A DNA stretch of 64,000 nucleotides, from positions 1,056,001 to 1,120,000 of the forward strand of contig CAXXVZ010000005.1 of the NCBI GenBank assembly GCA_963678065.2. The letters are read 5' to 3'. The stretch's first letter is position 1; each line of letters starts with the position of its first letter. Below the pieces are notes generated by a model. The model saw nothing but the letters and a program-made list of their open reading frames with translations, did no database searches and was not told the DNA's origin. The translations under genes and the position numbers were made by a program. This document shows, one piece after another, positions 19,740-29,149 of this stretch. The stretch is from Treponemataceae bacterium (GTDB taxonomy: Bacteria > Spirochaetota > Spirochaetia > Treponematales > Rectinemataceae).

Positions 19740-20267
19740 CTATTCATCATCGTCGATAGAGTTGAATGCGGCGTTGTCTATTTGGGCGAGCAGGTGCTTC
19801 CGGACCATCCTCATTATCGCGCTGATCTCTTCCATTTGTTCCTTGGAAAACGCCGGCATCGCCGTATTGATCGTTTCTATCGTGTTGGGAAGACTCTCCC
19901 TGATCGAGTCGAGTCCCTTTTTCGTGATAATGACCCTGCGGGTTCTCCGATCCTTCCCGATGGACTCTCTCGTCACCATACCGTCCCTGTCCAGGCCGTC
20001 GATCACCTTGGTTATGGTCTGCTTCGTCCTGAATGTCATCTTCCCCAAATCCGACGGTTTCAGAATCCCGCCATGGGCTATCAGCGTATGCATAATGTCG
20101 AGACGGCTTCGATTCTGCCCGTATTTGCGGGCTCTGATATCGATGTATTTGTCCATCAGAAGTCCCGTATAAAGAACTTCCAGGCCGGTATTGTACCTCA
20201 GGTCGGTCGCCATGGCTTTGATATCATCGGAAAGTAAACCAAGCGTAGTATCGCTTTTTTTCGTCAT
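19740..20267 (-). CDS. MarR family transcriptional regulator
   Basis: Winged HTH: KQTITKVIDGLDRDGMVTRE...DRRTRRVIITKKG. Confidence 0.9.
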   Translation of the reverse strand: MTKKSDTTLGLLSDDIKAMATDLRYNTGLEVLYTGLLMDKYIDIRARKYGQNRSRLDIMHTLIAHGGILKPSDLGKMTFRTKQTITKVIDGLDRDGMVTRESIGKDRRTRRVIITKKGLDSIRESLPNTIETINTAMPAFSKEQMEEISAIMRMVRKHLLAQIDNAAFNSIDDDE

Positions 20268-20477
20268 AGTAATACTCCCTTTGCGGATATATCGAAACGC
20301 CCATCACCCGGCACAGGATGATTCGCATTCGAATATAATACTGAAATTACCGCTTGATTGGTAGTATGCCCCGATCCGATATCGGGATGACTATGACAGA
20401 GAGATGATCCGCCAAAGCCGGGAGATCCGGGCGTCATAGAGCGAAAAAAGAATCCCTTCATCGTTCCGGCCGGAGTG

Positions 20478-20876
20478 TCAGATTCGCTGTATCAACTCGA
20501 CCAGAATGCCTGCGGTGGAACTCGGATGGACGAAGGCAACCAACGATGATCCGATGGAGGCGGGCTTTCCTTGCACCAGACGGACGCCCTTTTCCTCCAG
20601 GGACTTCAGCTCCTGATCGATATCATCCACGCGGAAAGAGACATGATGCATGCCCCCTCCTTTCTGGTCGAGGAATTTTGCGATGCTCCCTGTCGGACCT
20701 ACCGGCTCGATCAGCTCGAGTTTCGTTTCACCCGCGGAAATTATGGTCGTATTGAAATCTCCCTGGGGTGAAGCGACGCTTCCCGACACCTGGAACCCGA
20801 ATGTTCCGGACAAAGTTTCGATGACCTGCGCGGCATTTTTCACGACGATACCGATATGATCTATCTGCTGCACCAT
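20478..20876 (-). CDS. VOC family protein, methylmalonyl-CoA epimerase-like
   Basis: Start MVQQIDHIGIVV; LELIEP, GGMHHVSFRV, FVHP..TAGILVEL. Confidence 0.82.
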   Translation of the reverse strand: MVQQIDHIGIVVKNAAQVIETLSGTFGFQVSGSVASPQGDFNTTIISAGETKLELIEPVGPTGSIAKFLDQKGGGMHHVSFRVDDIDQELKSLEEKGVRLVQGKPASIGSSLVAFVHPSSTAGILVELIQRI

Positions 20877-20890
20877 TTTACGCCCCTTCC

Positions 20891-22036
20891 TCAGACCTTC
20901 AGTATGTGTACGGCGCAGGCGCCGCATTCCAGATTCGCGACCTCGCCGCCCATGGTCTGGGCAAGGCCTATCTTCGCTCCCTCGACTTGACGTTGGCCGG
21001 CCTCGCCCCTCAGGTGCCACACGATTTCCGCGATCTGCTCGATGCCCGTGGCGCTCACCGGGTGGCCGCGGGAGAGCAGGCCGCCGCTCGGGTTCACCGG
21101 TATGCGGCCGCCTATCTCGGTTTCACCCCTGTCGACGAGGGCTCCGCCTTCGCCGGCTTTGCAGAAGCCGAGTTCCTCGTAATGGCTTAGTTCTGAATAG
21201 GTGAAAGCGTCGTGGCATTCGCAGACATCGATGTCCCCGGGACCGCAGTCCGCCATCTCGTAGGCTTCGTTCGCACATTCCCTCGTCAGATCGGAGGAAG
21301 CCATATCGGTCCAGCGGAATGCGTAGTCGCCCATCTTCAGCACGGACGCGGCCACCCTGACGGGTTTGGCGCTGAATTTTTTGGCAACATCCATCGAGCA
21401 AAGGATCACCGCCGCGGCTCCATCCGTATTCGGGCAGCACTGCAAAAGCGTTATGGGATCGCAGATCATCCGGGAATTGAGTATCTCATCCAGCGAAAGG
21501 GCCTTTTTGTATTGGGAATACGGATTCAGGCAACCATTCCTGTGATTCTTCACCGATATCCTTGCGAACTGCCCGATCGTCGTTCCGTACAAGTGCATGT
21601 GCCTTTTCATGCCCATGGCGAAGTGCGCTGGCATATTCATCCCCAATTGTCCCGCGAGATCGCCTTCTTCGGGCGGAATCAGTTTCCCGGCTATAGGACT
21701 CGTGGTCATCGATTCAGCGCCGATGGCGATTCCCACATCGTAGAGTCCGGAAGCGATCGCGTACCACGCCGCCCTGAACGCGGAGGCGCCTCCCGCGCAG
21801 GCATTTTCCATATTGTTGACTTCGATCTTCGAAATTCCGACGTCTTCCAGTATCCTCTGCCCTAATACAGCTCCCCCGAATACGGTGGAGCTGTAGGCGC
21901 ACTGGATGCTCCTGCGATCCATCGTCGCGTCCCGAAGCGCTTCGGTGACAGCCTTGCTTGCCATGTCGACCACGCGCACTTTCGGGAATTTTCCGAAGGC
22001 AGTGGTACCGACACCGATGATGGCGACCTCTCTCAT
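20891..22036 (-). CDS. Thiolase, SCP2/lipid-transfer-like type
   Basis: ENACAGG catalytic Cys, ECHDAF, VNPSGGLLSRGHPVSATG. Confidence 0.9.
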   Translation of the reverse strand: MREVAIIGVGTTAFGKFPKVRVVDMASKAVTEALRDATMDRRSIQCAYSSTVFGGAVLGQRILEDVGISKIEVNNMENACAGGASAFRAAWYAIASGLYDVGIAIGAESMTTSPIAGKLIPPEEGDLAGQLGMNMPAHFAMGMKRHMHLYGTTIGQFARISVKNHRNGCLNPYSQYKKALSLDEILNSRMICDPITLLQCCPNTDGAAAVILCSMDVAKKFSAKPVRVAASVLKMGDYAFRWTDMASSDLTRECANEAYEMADCGPGDIDVCECHDAFTYSELSHYEELGFCKAGEGGALVDRGETEIGGRIPVNPSGGLLSRGHPVSATGIEQIAEIVWHLRGEAGQRQVEGAKIGLAQTMGGEVANLECGACAVHILKV

Positions 22037-22039
22037 CTT

Positions 22040-22459
22040 TTATTCCTTTTCATTCGTTGGGCGGGGTTCATGGTTCGGCTCGAAGATGTACCCGAAAACT
22101 TCTTTGCCATTCTCCTCCCAAAGAGTGCCGGTAACCATTTTCATTTTCATCCCGATCCGCAGCCCTTCGTTTCCCCAACCTCTGATCTGTCCGAATACCC
22201 GAAGACCTTCCGGAAACTCAACCCATCCTATCGCGTAGGGTGCTGCATAATGTGCCGAAGGCATATTCACGACAGTGTAGGTGTACAGTGTCCCCGTACC
22301 GGAAACCTTGACCGGCATAAGTTCCGCGCCGTGGCATTCGAGGCAGAATGTCCTCTTCGGGAAAAAGAGCTTCCCGCAGGACGCGCACCTGCTGGCCAGA
22401 AGTTCGCAATCTTTCGCTCCCTCATCCATCAACCCCTGTGCGAGAGCTACTCTTTCCAT
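22040..22459 (-). CDS. DUF35 Zn-ribbon/OB-fold protein (thiolase partner)
   Basis: CASCG..FFP....CLEC, GTLYTYTVV, PYAIGWVE. Confidence 0.88.
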   Translation of the reverse strand: MERVALAQGLMDEGAKDCELLASRCASCGKLFFPKRTFCLECHGAELMPVKVSGTGTLYTYTVVNMPSAHYAAPYAIGWVEFPEGLRVFGQIRGWGNEGLRIGMKMKMVTGTLWEENGKEVFGYIFEPNHEPRPTNEKE

Positions 22460-22473
22460 ATTCCTTCACTCCC

Positions 22474-23328
22474 TCATTTGTACTTGTATACGCCGCGGCC
22501 CGATTTTTTCCCGAAGTATCCGGCAACCACCAACTGTTTCAGCAAGGGACTAGGCCGATACTTGTCCCCTCTCTCCGCGCAGATGTATTCCGAGCTGTTG
22601 AGGATGACGTCGAGGCCGGCGAAATCGGCGAGCTCCAGCGGCCCCAAGGGATGCCCGAGGACCAGCTTGAATTCTTTGTCGATATCCTCGGCGGTGGCGA
22701 TGCCCTCCTGCAGCACGTTGAAGGCTTCGTTTATGTACATGCACATGATCCTCGTGCCGGCAAAGCCCGGGGAATCCTTCGTGACCCAGTATTCCTTGCC
22801 GATGAGGGTCAGGAACCTTTTCGTGGATTCCAAAATCTCATCCGATGTCTCAAGGCCAGTGATGATCGCCACGCCCTTCATGATCGGCACCGGATTCGTG
22901 AAATGCATGCCGATGACCTTGTCTCTTCTCCCCGTGGAGGAGGCGAGCGCGGTTATGCTGATGCCGGAGGTGCAGGAACCCAGAATCACTTCCGCTTCGC
23001 AGAGTTCGTCGAGTTTCTTGAAAACCCCTCGCTTGAGTCCGATTTCTTCGGGAACGGCCTCTATCACCATATCGATGTCGCTCAACGCAGAAGGAAAATC
23101 GAGGGTCTCCGTGATATTCGCCAAAGCCGATTTTTCCTGAAGTTCCGTTATCCTGTTCTTTTCCCGCATGAGTTTCAGGCTTTTCGCAATTTTCCCCATG
23201 CCGTCGCGGAGCATCTTCTCACTCACGTCCAGAAGGTTGACCGATATCCCATGCATCGCGGCGACCTGCGCTATCCCGCCCCCCATGGTGCCGGCTCCGA
23301 TGACTGCCAGTTTTTTCACTTCATCCAT
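22474..23328 (-). CDS. hbd: 3-hydroxyacyl-CoA (3-hydroxybutyryl-CoA) dehydrogenase
   Basis: GAGTMGGGIA, IEAVPE, GMHFTNP, GPLELADFAGLD, GKKSGRGVY. Confidence 0.88.
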   Translation of the reverse strand: MDEVKKLAVIGAGTMGGGIAQVAAMHGISVNLLDVSEKMLRDGMGKIAKSLKLMREKNRITELQEKSALANITETLDFPSALSDIDMVIEAVPEEIGLKRGVFKKLDELCEAEVILGSCTSGISITALASSTGRRDKVIGMHFTNPVPIMKGVAIITGLETSDEILESTKRFLTLIGKEYWVTKDSPGFAGTRIMCMYINEAFNVLQEGIATAEDIDKEFKLVLGHPLGPLELADFAGLDVILNSSEYICAERGDKYRPSPLLKQLVVAGYFGKKSGRGVYKYK

Positions 23329-23381
23329 TGGATTACCTCTTTTGCATTTTTCAATGCCGCAATGCTTTCGAGCCATGCGCC

Positions 23382-24617
23382 CTAGATCACATCGTCTCTT
23401 TTCAACCTTTCTATTTCTTCCCGGGAAAGACCGAGAATCTCATGGTAGACATGCTCGTTGCCTTCGCCCAACATCGTCGCGTAGGTCACGGCAGGCTTCG
23501 ATTTGGACATCCTGAAGGCAGGCCCATGGAACAGGGATGTCTTTCCCATCGCGGGATGCTCGATCTCCTGGAAGAAATCGTAGTGGGCATACTGGGGATC
23601 CCGAGCCTGATCGCTCGCGTTCGCCACGATGCCGGCGGAAACTCCGGCACCCTGCAGCAATTCCATGACTTCATGCGCCGTATGGGTGATCGTCCACTCC
23701 CCCAGCAATCTATCCAGCTCGTCTTCGTTTTGCTTTCTCCCCGAAAGGCTGGAAAACCTGGATTCCCCCGCCCAGGGAGGGCTTCCCATGACTTCGCGCA
23801 AACGCTCCCATTCGGCATCGGTGAAGACAGCTATGGCGCACCACCTGTCATCGCCGAGGCATCGGTAGACACCATGCGGAGCGGCGTTCTCCTTCCTGTT
23901 GCCGTTGATGGTCAGTTCCCTGTCGTTGATCGCGTAATCGAGGATCAGTGGCGCGAGTATCTGGATGCTCGCCTCGTGCTGGGATATGTCGAGACACTGG
24001 CCTTCGCCGGTTCTCTCCCGGTAGTCGAGCGCCGCGATCAGCGCAGGAATGCAGAACAAGGGAGCCAGGTGATCCGTGAAGGGTTGGGCGTCGAAGCCGC
24101 AGGCTGTCCTGTCCGGCCAACCCATCAGGCTGTTGAATCCGGAGAGCGATGTCAGCTGGTTCCCGAATCCCGGCTGCCGCGCCAGAGGGCCAGTCTGGCC
24201 GTGCACGCAGGTGCGCAACATTATGATATCGGCATTGATTTTCCTGAGGTCTTCATAGCCCAGGCCCCACTTCTCCATGGTCTGGCCCACGAAGCTCTCG
24301 ACCACGATATCCGACCAGGAGGCCAATCTTTTCGCGATCCCGATTCCTTCGGGCTTGTTGAGGTTGAGCGTGATCCCATGCTTCCTGGAAGGATTGGAAT
24401 AGGCGAAATACGCAGAGTGCTCGAGATCCGCCACGCCGTCTTTGTGGGGTCCTATCGTCCTGCAGCCGTCGGGCCTGTTCCGGGATTCGACCTTTATCAC
24501 GTCGGCGCCAAAATAGGAGAGATAGTTGACGGTGAATGGTCCCGCACCGTACATCGTGAAATCGAGTATCTTTATTCCTTCGAAAGGTTTCGTATCCATA
24601 TTCGCGGCGTTTTTCAT
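23382..24617 (-). CDS. Family III (CaiB/BaiF) CoA-transferase, subunit 2
   Basis: GIKILDF, GADVIKVE, DIVVESF, PHGVYRC. Confidence 0.9.
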   Translation of the reverse strand: MKNAANMDTKPFEGIKILDFTMYGAGPFTVNYLSYFGADVIKVESRNRPDGCRTIGPHKDGVADLEHSAYFAYSNPSRKHGITLNLNKPEGIGIAKRLASWSDIVVESFVGQTMEKWGLGYEDLRKINADIIMLRTCVHGQTGPLARQPGFGNQLTSLSGFNSLMGWPDRTACGFDAQPFTDHLAPLFCIPALIAALDYRERTGEGQCLDISQHEASIQILAPLILDYAINDRELTINGNRKENAAPHGVYRCLGDDRWCAIAVFTDAEWERLREVMGSPPWAGESRFSSLSGRKQNEDELDRLLGEWTITHTAHEVMELLQGAGVSAGIVANASDQARDPQYAHYDFFQEIEHPAMGKTSLFHGPAFRMSKSKPAVTYATMLGEGNEHVYHEILGLSREEIERLKRDDVI

Positions 24618-25874
24618 CTAGATGACCCCCGCCTTTTTCAGGTCTTCCAGCATGTCTTCGGACAAGCCAAGCTCCCCGATGAACACTTCGGAATTCTGTT
24701 CCCCGATCAGGGGAGGCCGCAGCCCGGTCCGGCATTCAGGACCGCTGGTTTTAAAGAAGGCGCCTGGATAGGAGATGGTGTCATTGAGCTCGGGATGTTC
24801 GGTCCTGACCCAGAAACCCCTGCTCTGCAGCTGGGGAAACTCCACGATATCCTTGGGGGTGAAGATCGGGTAAAGGATGATGTCCCTCTTCACCGCGCCT
24901 TCGAGCAGCTCCTTTTTGGTCTTCGTCCTGAAAAATTCCGCGAAACCTTGGGTCCATCGGTGGATCCGGCTCTCGTCCAGGTTCCCCCAATCCCGGACGT
25001 AGGAATCCGTGTCCCCGAACCCTCGCGGATCGATCCCGTCGCCCTCCATCCATTCGGCGAGCCCCCGATTCGACCCGACCCGGAGAGGGCCGAAAAACGG
25101 AAAGAAGGTTATGGCGCCGTCCTTGCAGGAGTAGATGACGGGAATCGAGATGTTCTTCAGCGCGTTGAGCCAGTTGGGGCCCGATCGCCTCAACAGGATC
25201 TTTTCGAATTCCCAGAGCCCCTGGTATTCCGGACCTGTCGCCCAGAAAAGCGCCATGTGTGCCGACACATCGATATATTGTCCCTCTCCCGTCTTCGTCC
25301 GGTGAAAGAGCGCGACCATCGTGCCGATCGCGCCCTGGAGAGCGGCGAAAGCGGGGGTGATCGGAAAAGAAGGGCAGAGAGGCGGACGATCCGTATCCCC
25401 GTATATGTACTGATTGCCGGACATGGCCCACAGAACGAGGTCGCAGGCCTTGTACTCCCTGTAGGGCCCAGTCTGACCGAACCCCGTTATGGATGTCATG
25501 ATCAGTGAGGGATTCACTTCAGAAAGATGGGGATAGTCGAGCCCCAGACTCTCCAGGTATCCCGGATCGAAGGATTCGATTACGATGTCGGCTTCGGACA
25601 CCAGCTTTTTGAAGAGCTTCGCGCCCTCTTCTTTTTCGATATCGAGGGTCACGCTTTTCTTGTTCGAGTTGTATCCCCACCAATAGAGGCTCTTTTCCGG
25701 ATCGGCGACATCGTGATAATAAGGAGGGGTGTTTCGGCCCTCGTCCCCTTTCGGCCTCTCGACCTTGATCACGTCGGCGCCGAGATCGCCCAGGATCTTT
25801 CCGCAGAGATAGCCCCGCTCGTTCGAAAGATCCAACACCCTGTAGGGACTCAACATCCCAGCACTATTCCGCAT
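24618..25874 (-). CDS. Family III (CaiB/BaiF) CoA-transferase, subunit 1
   Basis: RVLDLS, LGADVIKVE, NSNKKSVTLD, SITGFGQTGPY, TGEGQYIDVS. Confidence 0.9.
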   Translation of the reverse strand: MRNSAGMLSPYRVLDLSNERGYLCGKILGDLGADVIKVERPKGDEGRNTPPYYHDVADPEKSLYWWGYNSNKKSVTLDIEKEEGAKLFKKLVSEADIVIESFDPGYLESLGLDYPHLSEVNPSLIMTSITGFGQTGPYREYKACDLVLWAMSGNQYIYGDTDRPPLCPSFPITPAFAALQGAIGTMVALFHRTKTGEGQYIDVSAHMALFWATGPEYQGLWEFEKILLRRSGPNWLNALKNISIPVIYSCKDGAITFFPFFGPLRVGSNRGLAEWMEGDGIDPRGFGDTDSYVRDWGNLDESRIHRWTQGFAEFFRTKTKKELLEGAVKRDIILYPIFTPKDIVEFPQLQSRGFWVRTEHPELNDTISYPGAFFKTSGPECRTGLRPPLIGEQNSEVFIGELGLSEDMLEDLKKAGVI

Positions 25875-25913
25875 GGCGACGATCCTGAGATATCTCTCGA
25901 GCCGACCCGGACC

Positions 25914-26951
25914 TCACACACATATCGGATATACCCCGAACTCCCGAATCGCCCCGATCATCTCCAGGTAGTTCTGCGGCTTTACGGCGGAATGGATGGT
26001 ATTGCTCGACATGCATATATAGCCGCCCCCCTTGGCTCCCTGCCTCATGCATCTCCTCACGTCCTCGCGGACCGCTTCGGCCGAGCCCCAGCACAGCGTC
26101 TCGGCGCAGTCGACATTTCCCATGAGGGTGAGTCTTTCGCCGTATTTTTCCTTCATGAGACCAAGATCCATGCCGGCGTTGGGGTCAATCGGATGCAGGC
26201 CGTCGATGCCTGATTCCAGAAGGAGATCCATGATCGGCATGACATTCCCGTCCGTATGCTTGAACACGTAGGCGCCCTTGCTCTTGGCTTCGGTGGTCAG
26301 CGCCTTCAGGACCGGTATGACATGGCGCGAGAAACATCGATTCGAAAGCATCGGCCATTTTGTGGTCGCGTAATCGCCCGTGATGAAGATGATATCCGCC
26401 CCTGTCGCCATGCAGTTGTCGATATATTTCAGGTAATAGCCCCGCAGAAGCTCACCGATGCGGTCAACGAGCGGGGGATTCAGAATAAAATCTTTGTAGT
26501 AGTTTTCGGCCCCGCGCATCGTGCTGGCGATATCGAAAGGATCCTGAAACGCAACGATTATCGCCTTTCGACCCTTGTATCTGTCGACAATGTCCGCCAA
26601 TTGCCTGTAGCGCTTCGGATCATCGGGATCGGGGAGAACCCATGTGTCCAGGTCTTTTTCCGACTTTATCGGACCTTCCACCGGATGAATCGAATCGGAA
26701 GAGGTCTGCCAGACGACGCCCCATTTATTCCGGAACCTGCTCGAATCGAGCATCTCGGCCATATCGTTCTGGGGCATATCGTCCACGACGATGGCATCCA
26801 GGTCGAGCGCTTCGACTACATCGAAATAGCTGGCTCCAGGCTTTATGAAGTCTCTCACTTTTTGATGAATGTACAGTTCGAAATGAGGAACCCTGTCCGG
26901 CTCCTTGTGCCGCAATGTCGTCAGTACTCGTTCCAGACCAGAAAGCTCCAT
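25914..26951 (-). CDS. UroD-superfamily protein, probable corrinoid methyltransferase (MtaA/CmuA-like)
   Basis: EPDRVP, HTDG, LMGNVD, GGYICMSSNTI; lies directly downstream of the corrinoid protein gene. Confidence 0.82.
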   Translation of the reverse strand: MELSGLERVLTTLRHKEPDRVPHFELYIHQKVRDFIKPGASYFDVVEALDLDAIVVDDMPQNDMAEMLDSSRFRNKWGVVWQTSSDSIHPVEGPIKSEKDLDTWVLPDPDDPKRYRQLADIVDRYKGRKAIIVAFQDPFDIASTMRGAENYYKDFILNPPLVDRIGELLRGYYLKYIDNCMATGADIIFITGDYATTKWPMLSNRCFSRHVIPVLKALTTEAKSKGAYVFKHTDGNVMPIMDLLLESGIDGLHPIDPNAGMDLGLMKEKYGERLTLMGNVDCAETLCWGSAEAVREDVRRCMRQGAKGGGYICMSSNTIHSAVKPQNYLEMIGAIREFGVYPICV

Positions 26952-26968
26952 CGCACTACCCTCCCCGG

Positions 26969-27607
26969 TTATCCCAAAAGCTGAAAGAGCTTCTGCGCTC
27001 CCTCGGAGGCATCGGTTGCGTAGCAATCAGCCCCAATTTCCTCAGCCCACTGTTTCGTGCATATGCAGCCGCCGATAGCGACCTTGACCTTGTCCCTCAG
27101 ACCGGCCGCCTTCAAGGCCTCGATCGTTTTCCTCTGGTTTTCCATGGTGCTCGTCAGCAGGGCCGACAGTCCCAACACCTGGAAATCGTTGTCTCTCACG
27201 GCCTTGCAGAAATCTCCGGGCGACACGTCGACACCCAGATCGGTGACATCCCACCCATTACCTTCGAGCATCATCAGCATTATGTTTTTTCCGATATCGT
27301 GGATATCGCCCTGTACCGATCCGATGGCCACCTTCCCGACATAGTGAATGCCGCTTTTTGTCCCGGCAAGAATCGGCTTCAGGATGTTCAACGCAGATTT
27401 CATCGCGTCTCCCGCCATCAGCAATTCGGGGAGGAATATTTCTCCGTTCCCGAACATTGTCCCGACTTCCTCGATCCCGGCTATCATCCCCTTTTCCATG
27501 ACATCGCGCGCTGATATGCCCGAATCCAGCAAATCCCTTACCAACTTTTCAGTGCCTTTCGTGTTTCCCGAAAGGAGGCTGTCGATAATAACGGAACGTT
27601 CGACCAT
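26969..27607 (-). CDS. Cobalamin-binding (corrinoid) methyl-carrier protein
   Basis: FLPELL cap domain, GDIHDIGKN (DxHxxG), DLGVDV, GLSALLT, IGG. Confidence 0.93.
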   Translation of the reverse strand: MVERSVIIDSLLSGNTKGTEKLVRDLLDSGISARDVMEKGMIAGIEEVGTMFGNGEIFLPELLMAGDAMKSALNILKPILAGTKSGIHYVGKVAIGSVQGDIHDIGKNIMLMMLEGNGWDVTDLGVDVSPGDFCKAVRDNDFQVLGLSALLTSTMENQRKTIEALKAAGLRDKVKVAIGGCICTKQWAEEIGADCYATDASEGAQKLFQLLG

Positions 27608-27642
27608 GGGTCTCTCCTATGAACACTCGATTCACCTTTTCT

Positions 27643-27698
27643 ATCCTAGCACCACTCCATTTTTTTGTCAACCGTCTGACTATCTGTGTTCATACTAT
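27643..27698 (-). promoter_or_regulatory. Promoter of the corrinoid/CoA operon with the shared upstream motif
   Basis: TTGACA (27671-27666), 17 bp, TAGGAT with an extended -10 TG; motif shared with 19537-19571. Confidence 0.6.
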
Positions 27699-27824
27699 CG
27701 CGCTACTGCCACGAGGACATAGTTTCCCGGCCGGCTGGGGGGGAGAACCTAAATGGATCGGGAGAATTGATTGCCTAAGGTCTTTCGCGACGACCGGCGG
27801 TTTGAACTGAAGGCACCCGCTTTC

Positions 27825-28760
27825 CTAGACAGAGCGGATCGGCACGCTCAGGGTGACTACCAGTCTTTTTTCGCTCGGGCGATTCAGAAAACAGATATAA
27901 TCGTATCGGTGGATATCGGGGGAATAGCCGAAATTGCACAGCCAGAATTCGTATATGAAATTGTAGACGGCCGTATATTCTTCCCGAGTCTCGTACTCGA
28001 ATTGTGAAACGGCATATTTCCCCCCGGAAAGAATCATCTTCCCGACCTTCCCGCTGACCTCCAGGGCAGAGGCGGCCTCGAAGCCGGCGCTGATGCGCAA
28101 CTGGTAATCTTTGGTTATCAGGGGATTGTCATGATACACGGCGAATATCTTCGTTCCGATACTATCCGACAGACCCCTGGCCGAAGCCCACTGCAGAAGG
28201 GTTTCATAGGTATACTCGAAGCGTTGGTGGTTTCCCAAGGAAGCTCCGATATATCGCAGATATACTATGGGGATATCCTTCAGATCGCGAATCTGTACCC
28301 GTACTCTCGTCTTTCCCAAAATCTCGTATTGCCAGGACATGTTCTTGTCATCGAAAAAAATATTCCTGTCATTCTCGTTGATCGACAGTATCTCGTGAGC
28401 CTGCTTTTCCCGTTCGCGCTCCTTGATCTTCGATTGTTCACTCCTCCACGCGGAGGGAGAGAGTCCGAAATGCTCCTTGAAGCATCGCGAAAAAGTGGCA
28501 CAACTCGAGAAACCCAATTCATACGCGACGTTCGTTATGGGGGTTTCTTCCTCCAGCCTCATCCATTTGGCGGCCCTCTCCAGCCTGAGTCTATGGATGT
28601 AATGGAATACCGTTTCCCCCATCATGGTGGCGAAGATCCGGCTGAAGTGGTATTTAGAATAACAGGATACGACGGCCAGCTCATCGAGAGTCATTTCTTT
28701 GTTCAGATTTATATCGATGTAATCGAGGACGTTATCCCGCTGTCTGATATAATCTTCCAT
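27825..28760 (-). CDS. AraC family regulator with C-terminal GyrI-like domain
   Basis: N-terminal double HTH (YSKYHFSRIF, GFSS..FSRCFK.HFG.SPS); C-terminal YHDNP...GGKYAV. Confidence 0.88.
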   Translation of the reverse strand: MEDYIRQRDNVLDYIDINLNKEMTLDELAVVSCYSKYHFSRIFATMMGETVFHYIHRLRLERAAKWMRLEEETPITNVAYELGFSSCATFSRCFKEHFGLSPSAWRSEQSKIKEREREKQAHEILSINENDRNIFFDDKNMSWQYEILGKTRVRVQIRDLKDIPIVYLRYIGASLGNHQRFEYTYETLLQWASARGLSDSIGTKIFAVYHDNPLITKDYQLRISAGFEAASALEVSGKVGKMILSGGKYAVSQFEYETREEYTAVYNFIYEFWLCNFGYSPDIHRYDYICFLNRPSEKRLVVTLSVPIRSV

Positions 28761-28902
28761 GCTTTTCCCACGATGAGCCTTTGCGAATCCACAACAATAT
28801 CAATGTAGCATAGAGAAACCCATGGAACAATAGAAATGAGTCCATATCGAGGCGAGCGAGCCGCGGCCGCATTTTCCGTCCACTATCGAATTCCTGTCCC
28901 GG

Positions 28903-29145
28903 CTATCCTCCTCCGACAAGCATGAATATCTGCACCAGGTCGTTTCCCTTGACGATGACGGTATCCTCCACCTTCACATGCGTGCCGTCGATCATGACCA
29001 GACAGCCTTTCGCGGCGATACCGATTCTGCGCAACAGCTCGGGCAAGGGCATATCGCGCTCGATGTCGATGAGGATCCCCTTTCCGGGATCATATTCCCT
29101 CACCAGATTCCTGTATGTGCCGAATAATTCCAGCCGGATATCCAT
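28903..29145 (-). CDS. MoaD/ThiS family sulfur carrier
   Basis: 80 aa ending in VGGG; directly downstream of the AOR gene. Confidence 0.82.
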   Translation of the reverse strand: MDIRLELFGTYRNLVREYDPGKGILIDIERDMPLPELLRRIGIAAKGCLVMIDGTHVKVEDTVIVKGNDLVQIFMLVGGG

Positions 29146-29149
29146 GGCG

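Noticed and set aside
23328..25508. 726-aa plus-strand ORF, and similar long ORFs such as 28922-30514, 11505-12830 and 45229-46482
   Set aside because: Antisense shadows of well-supported genes in high-GC DNA; no recognisable motifs.
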